A stretch of 63,994 nucleotides of DNA, counting the filler, from Dirinaria sp. TL-2023a (lineage: Eukaryota), in NCBI GenBank assembly GCA_051941275.1. It is 6 parts of 6 records of this genome, joined end to end, with 100 filler letters (N's around TTAATTAATTAA, not from the genome) between each part and the next. Parts side by side here need not be neighbours in the genome. Positions count along the whole stretch, not along the records: positions 21,712 to 32,441 come from JAVEBF010000913.1; positions 32,542 to 43,233 come from JAVEBF010000914.1; 4 more parts are not named here. One strand, written 5' to 3'. Below the pieces are notes generated by a model. That model saw nothing but the letters and a program-made list of their open reading frames with translations, did no database searches and was not told where the DNA came from. Below, one piece after another: positions 23,900-35,240 of this stretch (its first letter is position 1; every line of letters starts with the position of its first letter). A program made the translations under genes and the position numbers.

Positions 23900-25501
23900 G
23901 CCTACGGACCTGTAAGAGGATTGTATGGCTATGACTGTCTATCTCCTTTAGTGCAAGAAATTGAGGAAATGCAGGCGGGAGAAATGCAGTCTTGATCTTG
24001 GTAATCCATTACCTGTACACTATCAAGTAGCGAGGCGAAACCATACCACAGAATAGGAAGACGCGACACCGCGTCATTCAGAGTAGAGAAGCTCTCTATG
24101 GCTCCAGTGACCTGCCACAGCTATCATATTGCCACTGGCTTTTCAATGCATCAATATGGACAACTATGGGGAGCATTATCTCCCTCTTCAATAGAAGATG
24201 CATGGCACCGAAAGCCACATTTTAAGACAAAGAAGGATTTCACGAGCATGAGGCTAGCAGAGCCTCATCGTGTTCCCACTTTGCGCTCACTAGATCACCA
24301 CTTCGCACAGCAGCATTGTGCGTCCACTTATTTCTTCTCAATAATGCTAAGGTAGAGTTGCATTTGTGCCACAGCGGGCTAGTGGGCCGGTATAGCAACG
24401 CAAGAGCGTGATGTGCAGGTTACATGTAGAGGTATCTGTTTGAGATAAGCTGAGACGGGTCACGGGTTTGAAGGAATCGCCAAGCGGTGATTGAGGCTCT
24501 TCAGTTTTCCGCCTTGCAGACATGGTCCGCGTATCATGGCATCAACACGCCAAGGCACACATCAGTGACTGCCAACCACACCACCAAGGTAAGGCACAAG
24601 TAAGGAGACGCATTAGCTGTCAAGCCGGTCTCAACAAGAATTCTGCAGCTGCAACGAAGAGGGACAGTCTCGCACAATGCACTGCATCTATGTATGCTCG
24701 ATTGCCTCGAATTTCCCAAATCATGCAGCATCTGTTGGAACAGTCATGTACGTGTAGTAAACGCTTGTCTCCGACTCGATGTCGATGTACATTACACGGC
24801 TCGCAACACTTGCCCCACCTGGTTCTCTTTGCATTCAATCGCCTCATCTTCGCTTACCGGCGAACGGAGTCTCGGCGATTTCGAAAGCACGGTAGGAAAG
24901 AGGGACATTCGTGGCATCGCAGAGTACAGTCAGTACTTTAACTCACTCTTGGGCTGCCAATCGGGAAAAGGCGGATTCGCTTTGACCCTCTTTGAAGTCT
25001 GCTGATTCTTGAAAAACAAGGCTTGATCTGCTAAAGTATGGGATTGACTTTGGTTGGATACAGTAGGCTGACTTATTGCAAGCCGGAGCGCACGGTCCCA
25101 CCTTTTCAGGAAAAAATGATCACGCAGGAAGGCAGAGTCTACGGTGAGGGCCACGTGAGATATTCTCAGAACGGAGGACAATAATTGCTTGGAAATAATA
25201 TCAATCTCACCGAGACTGGGTATAAACATATTTTGCTGGATTGCATAAGCTTTTTCTTTTTCCCTATATAACCAAGCACCGCAAACTGTTTAAGACACTA
25301 TACCACCCAGATAAGTACGAGTACATGCCGAAAATTTCCCATCTTCCATAAGTCCACCCAGCCCGACTAGTAGACTCCAGCACGCAAGCAATCGTTCACG
25401 TCGTACCTTTAGCACAGATCCATGTCTCCATCGTCCTGCTCTCAGCCCAATCCCAGTTGCCCACGTAGATGGCTCATCAGGCACTGGTGACTTAAGACAC
25501 C

Positions 25502-25780
25502 CTACAGCGCAACCTCACCCATATCCCTCATCAAACAAGCCATTTGCGCCCGCTTCGCTGCTTCTGCTATCATGCAGAAGTCCTGTTGCGTATTCGAGCT
25601 TGCCATCTCAGCGGGTTGGCTCCTCGGCATTTGGCCTTGCTGCTGCTCGGGTTGAGAGTGGACCAAGGATGTTCGATGACGACGTTGTGGTTGAGATGGG
25701 AAGTATTGGGAGGGTTGGTTCGCAGACGGAGATGGCTGAGGAGCAGAGACGGTTCCTACGTGCGCTGTAGAGGTAGGCAT
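25502..25780 (-). CDS. Small (92 aa) conserved hypothetical protein, Q/S/P-rich with a C-terminal AEAAKRAQMA helix
   Basis: The first in-frame ATG is at 25780 (the track start at 25867 is TTG). The end DFCMIAEAAKRAQMACLMRDMGEVAL resembles a recurring Pezizomycotina small-protein motif recalled from memory. Confidence 0.7.
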   Translation of the reverse strand: MPTSTAHVGTVSAPQPSPSANQPSQYFPSQPQRRHRTSLVHSQPEQQQGQMPRSQPAEMASSNTQQDFCMIAEAAKRAQMACLMRDMGEVAL

Positions 25781-26339
25781 CGTAGCGAACGGTCGGTATA
25801 TGATGGGTGTATATTGGGAAAATCGTCGGCCGGTACCTTGGAACCTCGTGATAGCGGTACTGGGCAAGAGGAACGGTAAACTGCTGTTGTCTAACGAGAG
25901 CGTAACAGAGGAGACGATGGATTCGAGAAGTCTTGCAACGACTTCAGGTGGCGCTCAAGCTTCACTGTATTGCCCATACCACGGGCATGCTTCGCTGATC
26001 CGGCGAAAGAAGGCAGAGCGCACCGCCGACGCGGACGGCTTGTTTCAGAGAGAACGATGATAGAATAATGAGTGATTACATCTGAGTTGCTGTGATGGAC
26101 TGAGCTTCGGGAAACTGAATGAGGGAGAGGGAAGCTGTCTTAGCTTCTAGTATTCGGAGATCGTGGGGAAGCATGGGGAAGAGACCGGCCTCGGCTTTCT
26201 TTGTTTGGTGCGAAAAAAGGGACTGAAATGGTCACATGATCCTGCCGTAACAGACTTCTACTAGTACTCTAGAGTTTCTCGAAAGAAAGAAACGAGCCAA
26301 TCAAGCAAAAAAGGTCCAATAGTTTCACAAAAGATTCAG

Positions 26340-26987
26340 TTATGGATTGAGGGAGTCCGCGATACTATCTATCTTCGTCTTTGGTCTATACACTGATGCC
26401 TCTCTCCGCTGCCGCTTCTCGCTTGCGCATTTCATATCGACTCTTAGATATACCAGCTCTATCTCCAACTCAATCTCTGCTAGCCTCAAGGTTGCACTTG
26501 AATAGTTGTCCTTGAGAGCCTCAACCGTCTTCTTGAAGTTTGGCGATTCCGGAGGCGTCTGCTCGACTGCTTTTGGCCGAGTCCGCTTTGGATTCAAGGG
26601 CTCTGGTCTTACCCTGGCATCTGATTTGAATAAAACATCTCCAGTGGATCCAGTGAGCGACTTCGAATTGGTGGAAGGCTTTACCACAGCCGACAAGTCG
26701 GTAAAGGACGGCATCAAGCTTCCAAGCCTTTCATTGAAAGGTTCTCCTGCTGAAGACCTCCGTGCGGGTAGACTGGCTTGTGAACAATTGTAGGTCTCCA
26801 TGATACCCTCAAGCGTACAGAGCTGAGCGTCGAGATCCTGGCGCTCGAGGAGGAGAGAAGTCAGACGTGATATTAGCAATTTGTTTTGCGTGTGGGCAGG
26901 GACTTTTGTGTCTTGCGTAGCCCCATTGGGAATGCCGGGCAAAGGGCCGTTTGGAGCTTTTGAACAGGGCATAGAATACGTCGACAT
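26340..26987 (-). CDS. Hypothetical 215-aa protein with two predicted coiled-coil segments
   Basis: Uninterrupted ATG-to-TAA ORF. Heptad-like segments LISRLTSLLLERQDLDAQLCTLEGIM and LRLAEIELEIELVYLR. No family recognised. Confidence 0.5.
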   Translation of the reverse strand: MSTYSMPCSKAPNGPLPGIPNGATQDTKVPAHTQNKLLISRLTSLLLERQDLDAQLCTLEGIMETYNCSQASLPARRSSAGEPFNERLGSLMPSFTDLSAVVKPSTNSKSLTGSTGDVLFKSDARVRPEPLNPKRTRPKAVEQTPPESPNFKKTVEALKDNYSSATLRLAEIELEIELVYLRVDMKCASEKRQRREASVYRPKTKIDSIADSLNP

Positions 26988-27551
26988 CGGTCTTAGTAAA
27001 TTTCCCGTAGATGGCCCAGAAGGTCTGGTTGTTGGAGATAAATGCTGATCTGGTAGCGGTATTGCAGGAGTTCTGAATATGGAAGACCTGAAGTGTTTCT
27101 GCTGCGTAAGAGATGGAGGAAAACCCTCTTAAGTTTCGTCATGAAAGGGGGGGTTGAAGGAGAGGCACAAGGGAGGTTTGGAGGTGAATCCAGCGACCAT
27201 GAATAATGCTTTATAGCAATAGATGAACGGATTGCAACATAAGTGAAGCGCTAGCGCTAGAAGAGAGAATGAAAAGCCTTTGATGTATTGACTGTTGCGA
27301 AAGCTGCGTGTCTCTGAAGAGTAAGACATAATGAAGCACTTGTGTCAACTGAAGAGTCACAGGATAAAGACTGCCACCTCGTAGCTTCATCGTAGGGAGT
27401 TTAGCTTCTCTGTTGTTAAACTATGACTGATCCAGAGCGCGATGGAAGAAAGCAGAAAAGATCTCGAAAGACATTTCATTTGCTTGATATCCCGAGGTAT
27501 CTTCCAAGCAGCATGTAAACCCATAGCCAAACTTTTGAGAAAAGCAAGCGA

Positions 27552-28528
27552 TCACATGATCGTACAGCAGCTTCTTTGTAGTCTTCTAAGAATTCGAGGA
27601 AGATATTTCTTGACAGCTGCTTCTATCTCGTCGTTTTGTTGTTGATGGCCACCACCTTGTTGTTGCTGCTGCTGCTGCTGGCCAGGATAGCCTTCTTGTT
27701 GCCACGCATTCTGTTGGAATTGCTGGTTATGATGCTGCTGTTGCGCGTGATGTTGCTGGCCATGATATTGGTTTCCGTAGTTGGGGTGATAGCCCGCGTT
27801 TCCATGAGTCATGTGAGCGGGCATCTGCGCTGGACCTCCTTGAAGGTTGATATATATTCGCCCAACGTTCTCCTCGGTAGCATACTGTAAGTTTAATTCC
27901 CGACAGAGCTGCTCGACCTTTGGTTTGATTTTCTGAATATGACCAGGTGAGTGATTCCCCTTGCCCACGATGCTAGTCGCCGATTAGCTTCATAACCATC
28001 GAAGTTGCATACTTAAGCCGCTTACACATGCAGATGAGTCTGTCCGTTGGCTTGCGCGTATTTGATTCGCTGTTCTAAGATCTCCTCCGCCTCTTCAACA
28101 AATTGCCCATGCAGGTCGATCGTGTCTCCGTCCACCCTACCCACGGCATTGTTCTCTCGAAAGATGTAGTCTGAAGCCTGCTTGTTGTACTGGTCCATCA
28201 TTGCGCCATGCCTTTTACCTTCTTCCGACAGTTCATGAGCTGCAGCGCCATCACCTCGTTCATAAGCGAGGTGAGCCTTGAGGAATCATCAATTGTCTTG
28301 TTGAAACCGGGAGTCACGCTGGTACGGATGTTCATGACGCACTTTGTCTAGACAAGAGGACCGTTTGCCGTGTTCCTGACGCGCGAGGTTTCGCAATCGG
28401 TCGTACTCGACTTCCGCATCGCGACTTTGATTGTGATTGAAGGCTGCTTCGGTGTTAGGAGCCTTGTTTTCAGGTCATACAGAGAACATACCATGGCCCC
28501 CAAGCTGCGTAGTCAGCGGATACGACAT
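27552..28528 (-). CDS. DUF1771 + Smr-domain protein (yeast Ypl199c-like), 4 exons, Q/N-rich tail and C-terminal CaaX
   Basis: The spliced product reads MSYPLTTQLGGH|AFNHNQSRDAEVEYDRLRNLARQEHGKR..K|AHLAYERGDGAAAHELSEEGK..YIFRENN..TIDLHGQFVEEAEEIL..HLHV|IVGKGNHS. IDLHG and IVGKGNHS are Smr motifs. The protein ends SCCTIM. Confidence 0.9.
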
Positions 28529-30035
28529 TGCAGAAGTTCCTTGGGCGTCTAGGACCAAGACTTGTTCGTCATGTTTTACCGCTAAAGGACCTCAAGCTGA
28601 ACCACCACTGCATTTCGTTGCGATTGGCGGACGGTTGATTCGCCATTACTTTACTCCGTACTCCGTACCGTAATCTCGGCAAATCACCCCACACTAATCC
28701 GTTTCGAGCACTAGAGTTTGTGCTAAGAGTCAGGTACCAGCAAAAAAGACTTGTTCCAGCGATTTGTTCGACTTTATCATTTGATCATGATTCAGGGTTT
28801 CCTTCTTGATGATTTCGAAGGAGCGGTTTGAATGACGTTTCATCATAATGAGGGCATTATTATCGTCTTCAGTAATAATGTCGAGATCCTGGCGGGTTAA
28901 GGGATTGCGTTGGTAGAGGACAGTGGACTGCGCCGCCTGAGGTACATTAAATAGAGTTCAATCGTAATATTATTCAGCCGAAACGTACGATTCCGCAGCC
29001 TGATGTGCTTAGGAGAGTAAAGTACTTTACCTGAAGGTCCATGTACTTTACCTTACCTTAGTAACCAACGTAGCGAGAACCAAGACATTTATCTTCTCCC
29101 CCCCTCAGTAGTTCCTTGGTAACATCTTTTCTTCGACCGAGGAACTCCTGCCCTTTCGTCCATCCATCTTGGCGAACAGTAGAGGGTTCCAAAATAATAT
29201 CCTCATATCTCTCCCATCATCATCATTATTATTATTTCCAAAGAGACCTCGGCCTCGCAAGATTAAGCTCATCATCCTTGCCCCATTTGAGACGTGCAGA
29301 TCGTTTCTAGTCGTTTCTCATCCCTCCTTTCCCGTCCACTGGGTCCGCTCGTGACTCCTTGCCAGAGCCATCCAAGGCTCCAAGCCCTCCACTACTATCT
29401 GGAAAAAAAAAAAGGCCCTTGTCGCATCGGTTAGTTATTCCCCCATCTATTTGCTCCCATTATTGTTTCGTCCTTCGCTTCAACAGTAATAATCATCCCA
29501 TCGACCTGCTCTTCAAACCTCGCCATCGCTCTTTTATCCCTACCACCCCCAGCATTGTACAGTAGGTGCTGCCTGTGGTGCATCGCGTCATTGGCAGACC
29601 GCATCCTCACAGGCTTACCCGTCTACATCTTAGCGACCGAGATCTTTGGACCGCCTGCTACCACTAGCTTTTAGCCCGCGTCCAGATCCAGCGCTGCCGC
29701 ATTACCATTCGTCTCCTGACTTTACCCTCCTGCCTGCAAGGCTATTGTCAAAGCCACCGTGGTCAGGCTTGGAGAGGCTCCGCAAATAAGTCAGTCCAAG
29801 CAGGTAACTTGCGGTGAGCTTGCCAACACCGCGCCTTGTAGTGCTGCTCAGCCGGGAGCTCACAGCACTTGTTACGCGACAATTCCCTTCTCAATTTTGA
29901 AACAGGCCCAAACTTTTTATCCCAACGATACTTTGACAACGAGGCTGACCGCCACTTGGTTGTGATAGATAGCCGTCTCCGTCCTGGATTCTCTCTGTAC
30001 CCCGGCTCCAGCGAAATAAATCGGTCCAAATCAAG

Positions 30036-31415
30036 ATGGGTTGTGGAATGAGCACAGAAGAAAAGGAGGGGAAGCAGCGTAATGAGGAGATCGAAAACCA
30101 GCTGAAGCGCGACAAGCTCTCTCAGCGCAATGAAATCAAAATGCTCCTTCTCGGTACACGGCCTAGTCCTCACAAGAGACCTTAGCATTAACAGCCAACC
30201 AGGTGCCGGAGAGTCTGGGAAATCGACAATCCTGAAGCAGATGAAACTCATCCATGAGGGCAGTTACTCGCCTGAAGAACGAGAGTCGTTCAAGGAAATC
30301 ATCTACAGTAATACGGTCCAGTCAATGCGCGTCATCCTGGAGGCTATGGAGTCTTTGGAGCTTCCTCTAGACGATCAAAGAACCGAGTACCATGTGCAAA
30401 CTATCTTCATGCAACCTGCGCAGATCGAAGGCGAGAGCTTACCGCCCGAAGTCGGTACCGCGATCGATTCCTTATGGAAGGATGCCGGTGTTCAGGAGTG
30501 CTTTAAGCGTTCAAGGGAATATCAACTCAATGACTCCGCCAGATAGTAAGTGTATCCTACACCAAAGTGCAGGAGTGAAGTGCACCTGGGAGGTCAGATT
30601 CGTGCATACTATATACTCCTTCGGTCAGGAATTGGGCAGCTATTCACCAACAGTCTTTCATCATTGAATTGTCCGTGCACGGCTAATGTTTGGATTCACC
30701 TCAGCTACTTCGATTCAATCGGTAGGATAGCACAACCCGAATACCTCCCGAATGATCAAGATGTGCTCCGATCGCGCGTCAAGACTACCGGCATAACTGA
30801 AACCACCTTCATCATCGGCGAGCTCACCTACCGGATGTTCGATGTTGGCGGGCAACGATCTGAGCGGAAGAAGTGGATCCACTGCTTTGAGAATGTAACA
30901 ACAATTCTCTTCCTCGTCGCCATATCCGAGTACGATCAGCTTCTTTTCGAGGACGAAACGGTCAACCGCATGCAAGAAGCTTTGACCTTGTTTGACTCCA
31001 TCTGCAACTCGCGGTGGTTCGTGAAGACGTCCATCATCCTGTTCTTGAACAAGATCGATAGATTCAAAGAGAAACTACCGGTCAGCCCGATGAAGAATTA
31101 TTTCCCAGATTATGAAGGCAAGCTGAACCAAATTGGAACGAACGGAAGGGAGCACCAGAGATCTAATCTTACTGAAGGTGGGCCTGACTACGCGGCCGCA
31201 TGCGACTACATCCTCAACCGCTTCGTATCCCTCAACCAGCACGAGACCAAGCAGATCTACACGCATTTCACATGTGCTACCGACACAACTCAGATACGAT
31301 TCGTCATGGCTGCCGTTAACGGTATGCAATCCCTCATAAGTCTGAACAGGCAGAGCTGATGAATTCCGCAGACATAATCATCCAAGAGAATCTTCGTGAC
31401 TGCGGTTTACTATAG
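30036..31415 (+). CDS. fadA: Heterotrimeric G protein alpha subunit, fungal group I (FadA/GNA-1/MagB type); exons 30036-30153, 30203-30545, 30705-31117, 31178-31321, 31372-31415
   Basis: Myristoylation start MGCGMS, P-loop [36 protein letters not shown], and the end [12 protein letters not shown]. Confidence 0.96.
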
Positions 31416-32370
31416 TCCCTATACCATGTCCGCTTTGAGAGAAGTATGCGGGTCTGTCTTGTCAAGCGTATGATTATAAAACGAACTGCCCGGTCATGCG
31501 GTTTCAAAACAAACAAAAAAACAACAAGGTTGCTGTCGAACAGGCCGCCGAGCTTTCATGTGCAAGGGTAGAGGATGCATGTTCCATCAAGAAGAAATGG
31601 GGGAAAATCTGGAACTTTTCGGGCGATTATCATTGACAGTGCTGGGCGCCCGGAGAAATTGTTTACAATTGCGAGGGGAATGGTGAGCATGGATCAGAGG
31701 CGCTGGCGCAAGGGTCAGATTCCACACCGACTGCAACTTTCTAACTTTCCCTGGGTCGCCACCTAATTTGATACCTACCTACCTACCACTTACTTTACAT
31801 CATCTTCGGTTTTTTGTTTCAAGTGCGGAGAGGGAGAAGGCAAGAGCATCCAAAATGTATCATTTGCGTCTAGCGGGCTTGATATTGTTCGCGAATCCAA
31901 GCAAAAACATCCTTACCAAATACATGCACTGGATGTGCAGTTGATGTATATGGCTAATGGCACTACATCCATGACAGGCCACAAGCCCCAATCATTCGCA
32001 ACGACCACAGGTAGCAACAATGTGTCACTTGGAGACACTTCTAGAACCATAGCAAGGGATTGGCACGCTTGATGTTCACATGCCCAAGACACGAACAACC
32101 GCCGACGTCACACACCTGAATCCCTTGGCATCACTTCACATGGCCACATTCACTACTGCTGCTGCTGCCTTTTCCCACCCTATAAACTTCCCCTTACTGC
32201 CAGCACCATCACAAATCTCTTTCCCCTTCCTTCCCCATCCAAAGCAAAAAGTCCTCCATAGACGAGCCACCAAAAAGGAACCAACCGTCCCCCACAAGCT
32301 CTACCCAAAGCCAAAAAAAAAACCACCCCCGCACATAACCTTCCCAAAAAACCAAACCACATCAGAAATA

Positions 32371-32441
32371 ATGTCGGACAGCAACTCCTCCACCCTAAAA
32401 GCCTACGCCGACTCCGCCCTCGCCTCGGGCCAATCCGTGCT
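32371..32441 (+). CDS. Start of a small CsbD-like/stress-type protein, cut off by the contig end
   Basis: MSDSNSSTLKAYADSALASGQSV resembles the 'STLKSYVDSA..GQS' N-terminus of small fungal CsbD-like proteins (from memory). TATAAA at 32181. Confidence 0.5.
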
Positions 32442-32541
32442 NNNNNNNNNNNNNNNNNNNNNNNNNNNNNNNNNNNNNNNNNNNNTTAATTAATTAANNN
32501 NNNNNNNNNNNNNNNNNNNNNNNNNNNNNNNNNNNNNNNNN
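32442..32541. other. Artificial contig spacer N44-TTAATTAATTAA-N44
   Basis: Identical 100-nt spacer. Confidence 0.98.
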
Positions 32542-32991
32542 GACAGGGGGGAGAGGAGAGAGAGGAAGGAAGATGTCTATTGTTTTCAATTTGATGAGAT
32601 GGGATGGGATTGAAGCTGGCTAAGGGCCTTTTTAAACAAAAAAAAAGATTTGAGAAGAAAAATGGGCGAGGAAGATTAATCACGACAGATAGATACCGGG
32701 ATTAGGAGAATGGGCAGTGATGGGGGGTTGGGGATCTTGAGCGAGGAGGGATAGAATGAGAAAAGTAAAAGATGAGGTTGAAAGGGTTCTTGATCTTTCT
32801 TTCCATGTCTTGAGCGCCATTCCATGGTAGAAGACTCAAGAAAGCAACCACACTCGCGATGCTTGATACTGTTCCGATCGAAACAACCGCCGGAGGTCAC
32901 ATTGACGATGAAAAGCAGAGAAATCTGTTTTGAAATTTGGATGAAAGGCGTAGGGTGAACGTCGCTTCTTGTGTAAGATCAACCAGTCACC

Positions 32992-34544
32992 CTACTTATA
33001 CGGCTTCACCTGCTCGTCGCACCAATCCCAGAACTTCTCAGCGTAACCGGTGCCGCCCTCTTTCTCAGGTTTCTGGGCGAGTACCAGGTCCTCGCGGATT
33101 TTGAACCCTAGGCGGCCCCAAGGGAAGACTGGAACTTGGGTTAGTGTTCCCATGACTCTTTGACGTTCAAAAGATATTCGGAGATGGACAGTCTTGGGTA
33201 GGTCGGAGAAGAATGAAGGGAAGAAGAGGAATTAGACATACTGAATGTTCCATTCTGCTCAGTCGTTACTTCGGGCGAGAGGCCGGCAAATAGCTCCGTA
33301 TATGCGCCGTGAATGGGTGTATACAAAAACCAGCCCTATATATGTAGTAAGTATTTCTAGAGCCTGATACTGCGTTCGAGTCCCTATTGGAGAGTATAGT
33401 GAGACTTACCATCAGTGTCTCCTGCCAACTCCAAAGATGCCTCTGAAGGCCCGTTTTCAATCCGCCCGGATTAAGGCTCTGCAAGACATTGGCCACTTCA
33501 TTCCCTTATCGTAGCTCCCATTCGCTTGTCGAACCATTCGATAAATCAAGGCTAAAGAGGACTTACCACGCTGACAATACCGGCCTCACCCAGTCTTCTC
33601 CCTGCTTCACTCGCTTGGAAGATATTTCCTGCTTTACTGGCACCATACTTGGTCCAACTGCTCCTATCGGCTTTGCTGTAATCGAGGTTATCCAGCTCGA
33701 TGCCGTTCCTGCCTGTCGTAATCCAAGCGCCGTTGGAGCTCACCCAGACAATGCGGACACTATTCGCAGGTGCGTTTTTGGCGGTGCGAATCAAAATGGG
33801 TTGAAGGAGAGAAGTGAAGAGATGAGGTCCGAGGCAATTTGTGCCAAGCTGGAGCTCATAGCCTTGAGCGGTTTTGCTGCCTTGAGGCTGTTATGGAAGT
33901 GAAGGTTAGTCGTGACTTTTCCAAAGCAAAATACTCCGCAACACAAAAAAAAAAAAAAAAAAAAAAAAGGAAGAAAGGAAAAAAGAAAAGAAAAGGAAAA
34001 AAGAAGGACAAGAAAAGGCTAATCAGATGCACGCCTTGGGTAGGAGGTTGAAACACCGCTGTCAGCAAAAGTACTCTAGCTTGAAAATAGGATGACGCAA
34101 ACATAAGCATCGGGAAGGTGTTCTCATGACTTTCATACCGGGATCATGACGCCAGCGTTGTTCCAGAGTACATCCAACCTCTCGTTCTCACGCAAGAACG
34201 CCTCCGCCGAGCTTTTGATGGTAGTCAAATCCGAGAGGTCAAGATGCAAAAAGAGAATTTGCCCCTTTGAGTCAGGCACTCTCGCCTTGATTTCTTCGAT
34301 AGCAGCATTGCCTTTATCCTCGGAACGCGCAGCGATGTAGACTTTCGCATTGCACAGATACAAGATGTACGCGAGCTCAAAACCTACTCCAGACGTGCTA
34401 CCGGTGACGATGAAGACCTGGGTGTCATCAATACCATTTCAAGAGGAAAGGGTTGATGGCTGATACTTTGCCTGTCTGGTCTGGGACGTTTTTCTCGGTA
34501 AATTTAGCGGTTGGTGGCCGCATTTCTGAGTAGAACTGTCCCAT
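32992..34544 (-). CDS. Short-chain dehydrogenase/reductase (retinol dehydrogenase/WWOX-like); exons 34544-34467, 34417-34139, 33887-33567, 33478-33410, 33335-33242, 33128-32992
   Basis: Rossmann motif VFIVTGSTSGVG, LDLSDL, LWNNAGVM, ELQLGTNCLG, VWVSS, catalytic YGASK, SLNPGGLKT, and the end GGTGYAEKFWDWCDEQVKPYK. All five GT-AG introns are phase-consistent. Confidence 0.93.
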
Positions 34545-34950
34545 TTCTGATTTGCTTGTACTGAGGCTTGTTCCGTGCCAAGGCAGCAATTTTCCAGCGG
34601 ATACGTATATTGGATATTCTGCCGTCAAATGAGACAAGAAGAACTGCTCACGTCAGAACCTTATGTAGATATAAGAGTAATCAAGCTTTGACAAGCGTAG
34701 AGTGTATATAAAAAATCACCTTCGCAGCATCATGACGAGTTCTGCTTATCTCGTACTCGTATGTCTCGGAGTGAATCCACGACAACATCTGAAAGCAACG
34801 AGGACCCAGCGCTTAGAATGCATGATGTCATCCTTCTAGTTTATTGGAACAAGGTACGGTACCTAACTTAGGTACCGTCTCTTCCCCTGCACAAAGACTA
34901 GCTGTCATAGGTCGTCAATGTTGCCGGTTGTCATACTATTCACCATACTA

Positions 34951-35240
34951 CAGTCTAGCGTGATCCGCGGATCGGATCGGAGATATGAAATTATGTCCGA
35001 CCATCAGTTCCGGTTGCCAGATTTTTGAACCGAGACTGCGAATCGGATCAAAAATTATATAATATTTTCTCTAATTGTAGGTCAATCTTTACGAGATCCA
35101 ATTATTCTGATAACTTGCGATCCGAATATTGTACTAGATCCGACCTGATTCGTCGGAGAATAAAAGTCGTCCGAATTCGGGTCGGGAGTCCGACTCGGAT
35201 TTTTCCAGACCCGATCTAGCCCCGCGTTATGATAGAGCTG
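34951..35240. mobile_element. Probable decayed non-autonomous DNA transposon (MITE-like, ~290 nt)
   Basis: CAG...CTG ends with degenerate inverted similarity (CAGTCTA..CGCGGATCGGATCGG versus CCGATCTAGCCCGCG..TAGAGCTG). TCGGA/TCCGA/TCGGG motifs are dense around an AT-rich core. The flanks ACCATACTA and ATCTTACTA match at 7 of 9 positions. Confidence 0.4.

Noticed and set aside
23762..23995. 77-aa plus-strand ORF that looks helical
   Set aside because: It is antisense to the F-box first exon, which has the recognisable motif and a valid splice donor.
26040..26110. Possible C/D-box snoRNA (TGATA/TGATT..CTGA motifs)
   Set aside because: There is no canonical RTGATGA C box with a terminal stem and no rRNA-complementary guide that I could recognise. 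An Rfam/snoscan search would be needed.
33839..34110. Poly-Lys and poly-Phe ORFs
   Set aside because: They are translations of the A/T homopolymer tract inside SDR intron 2.
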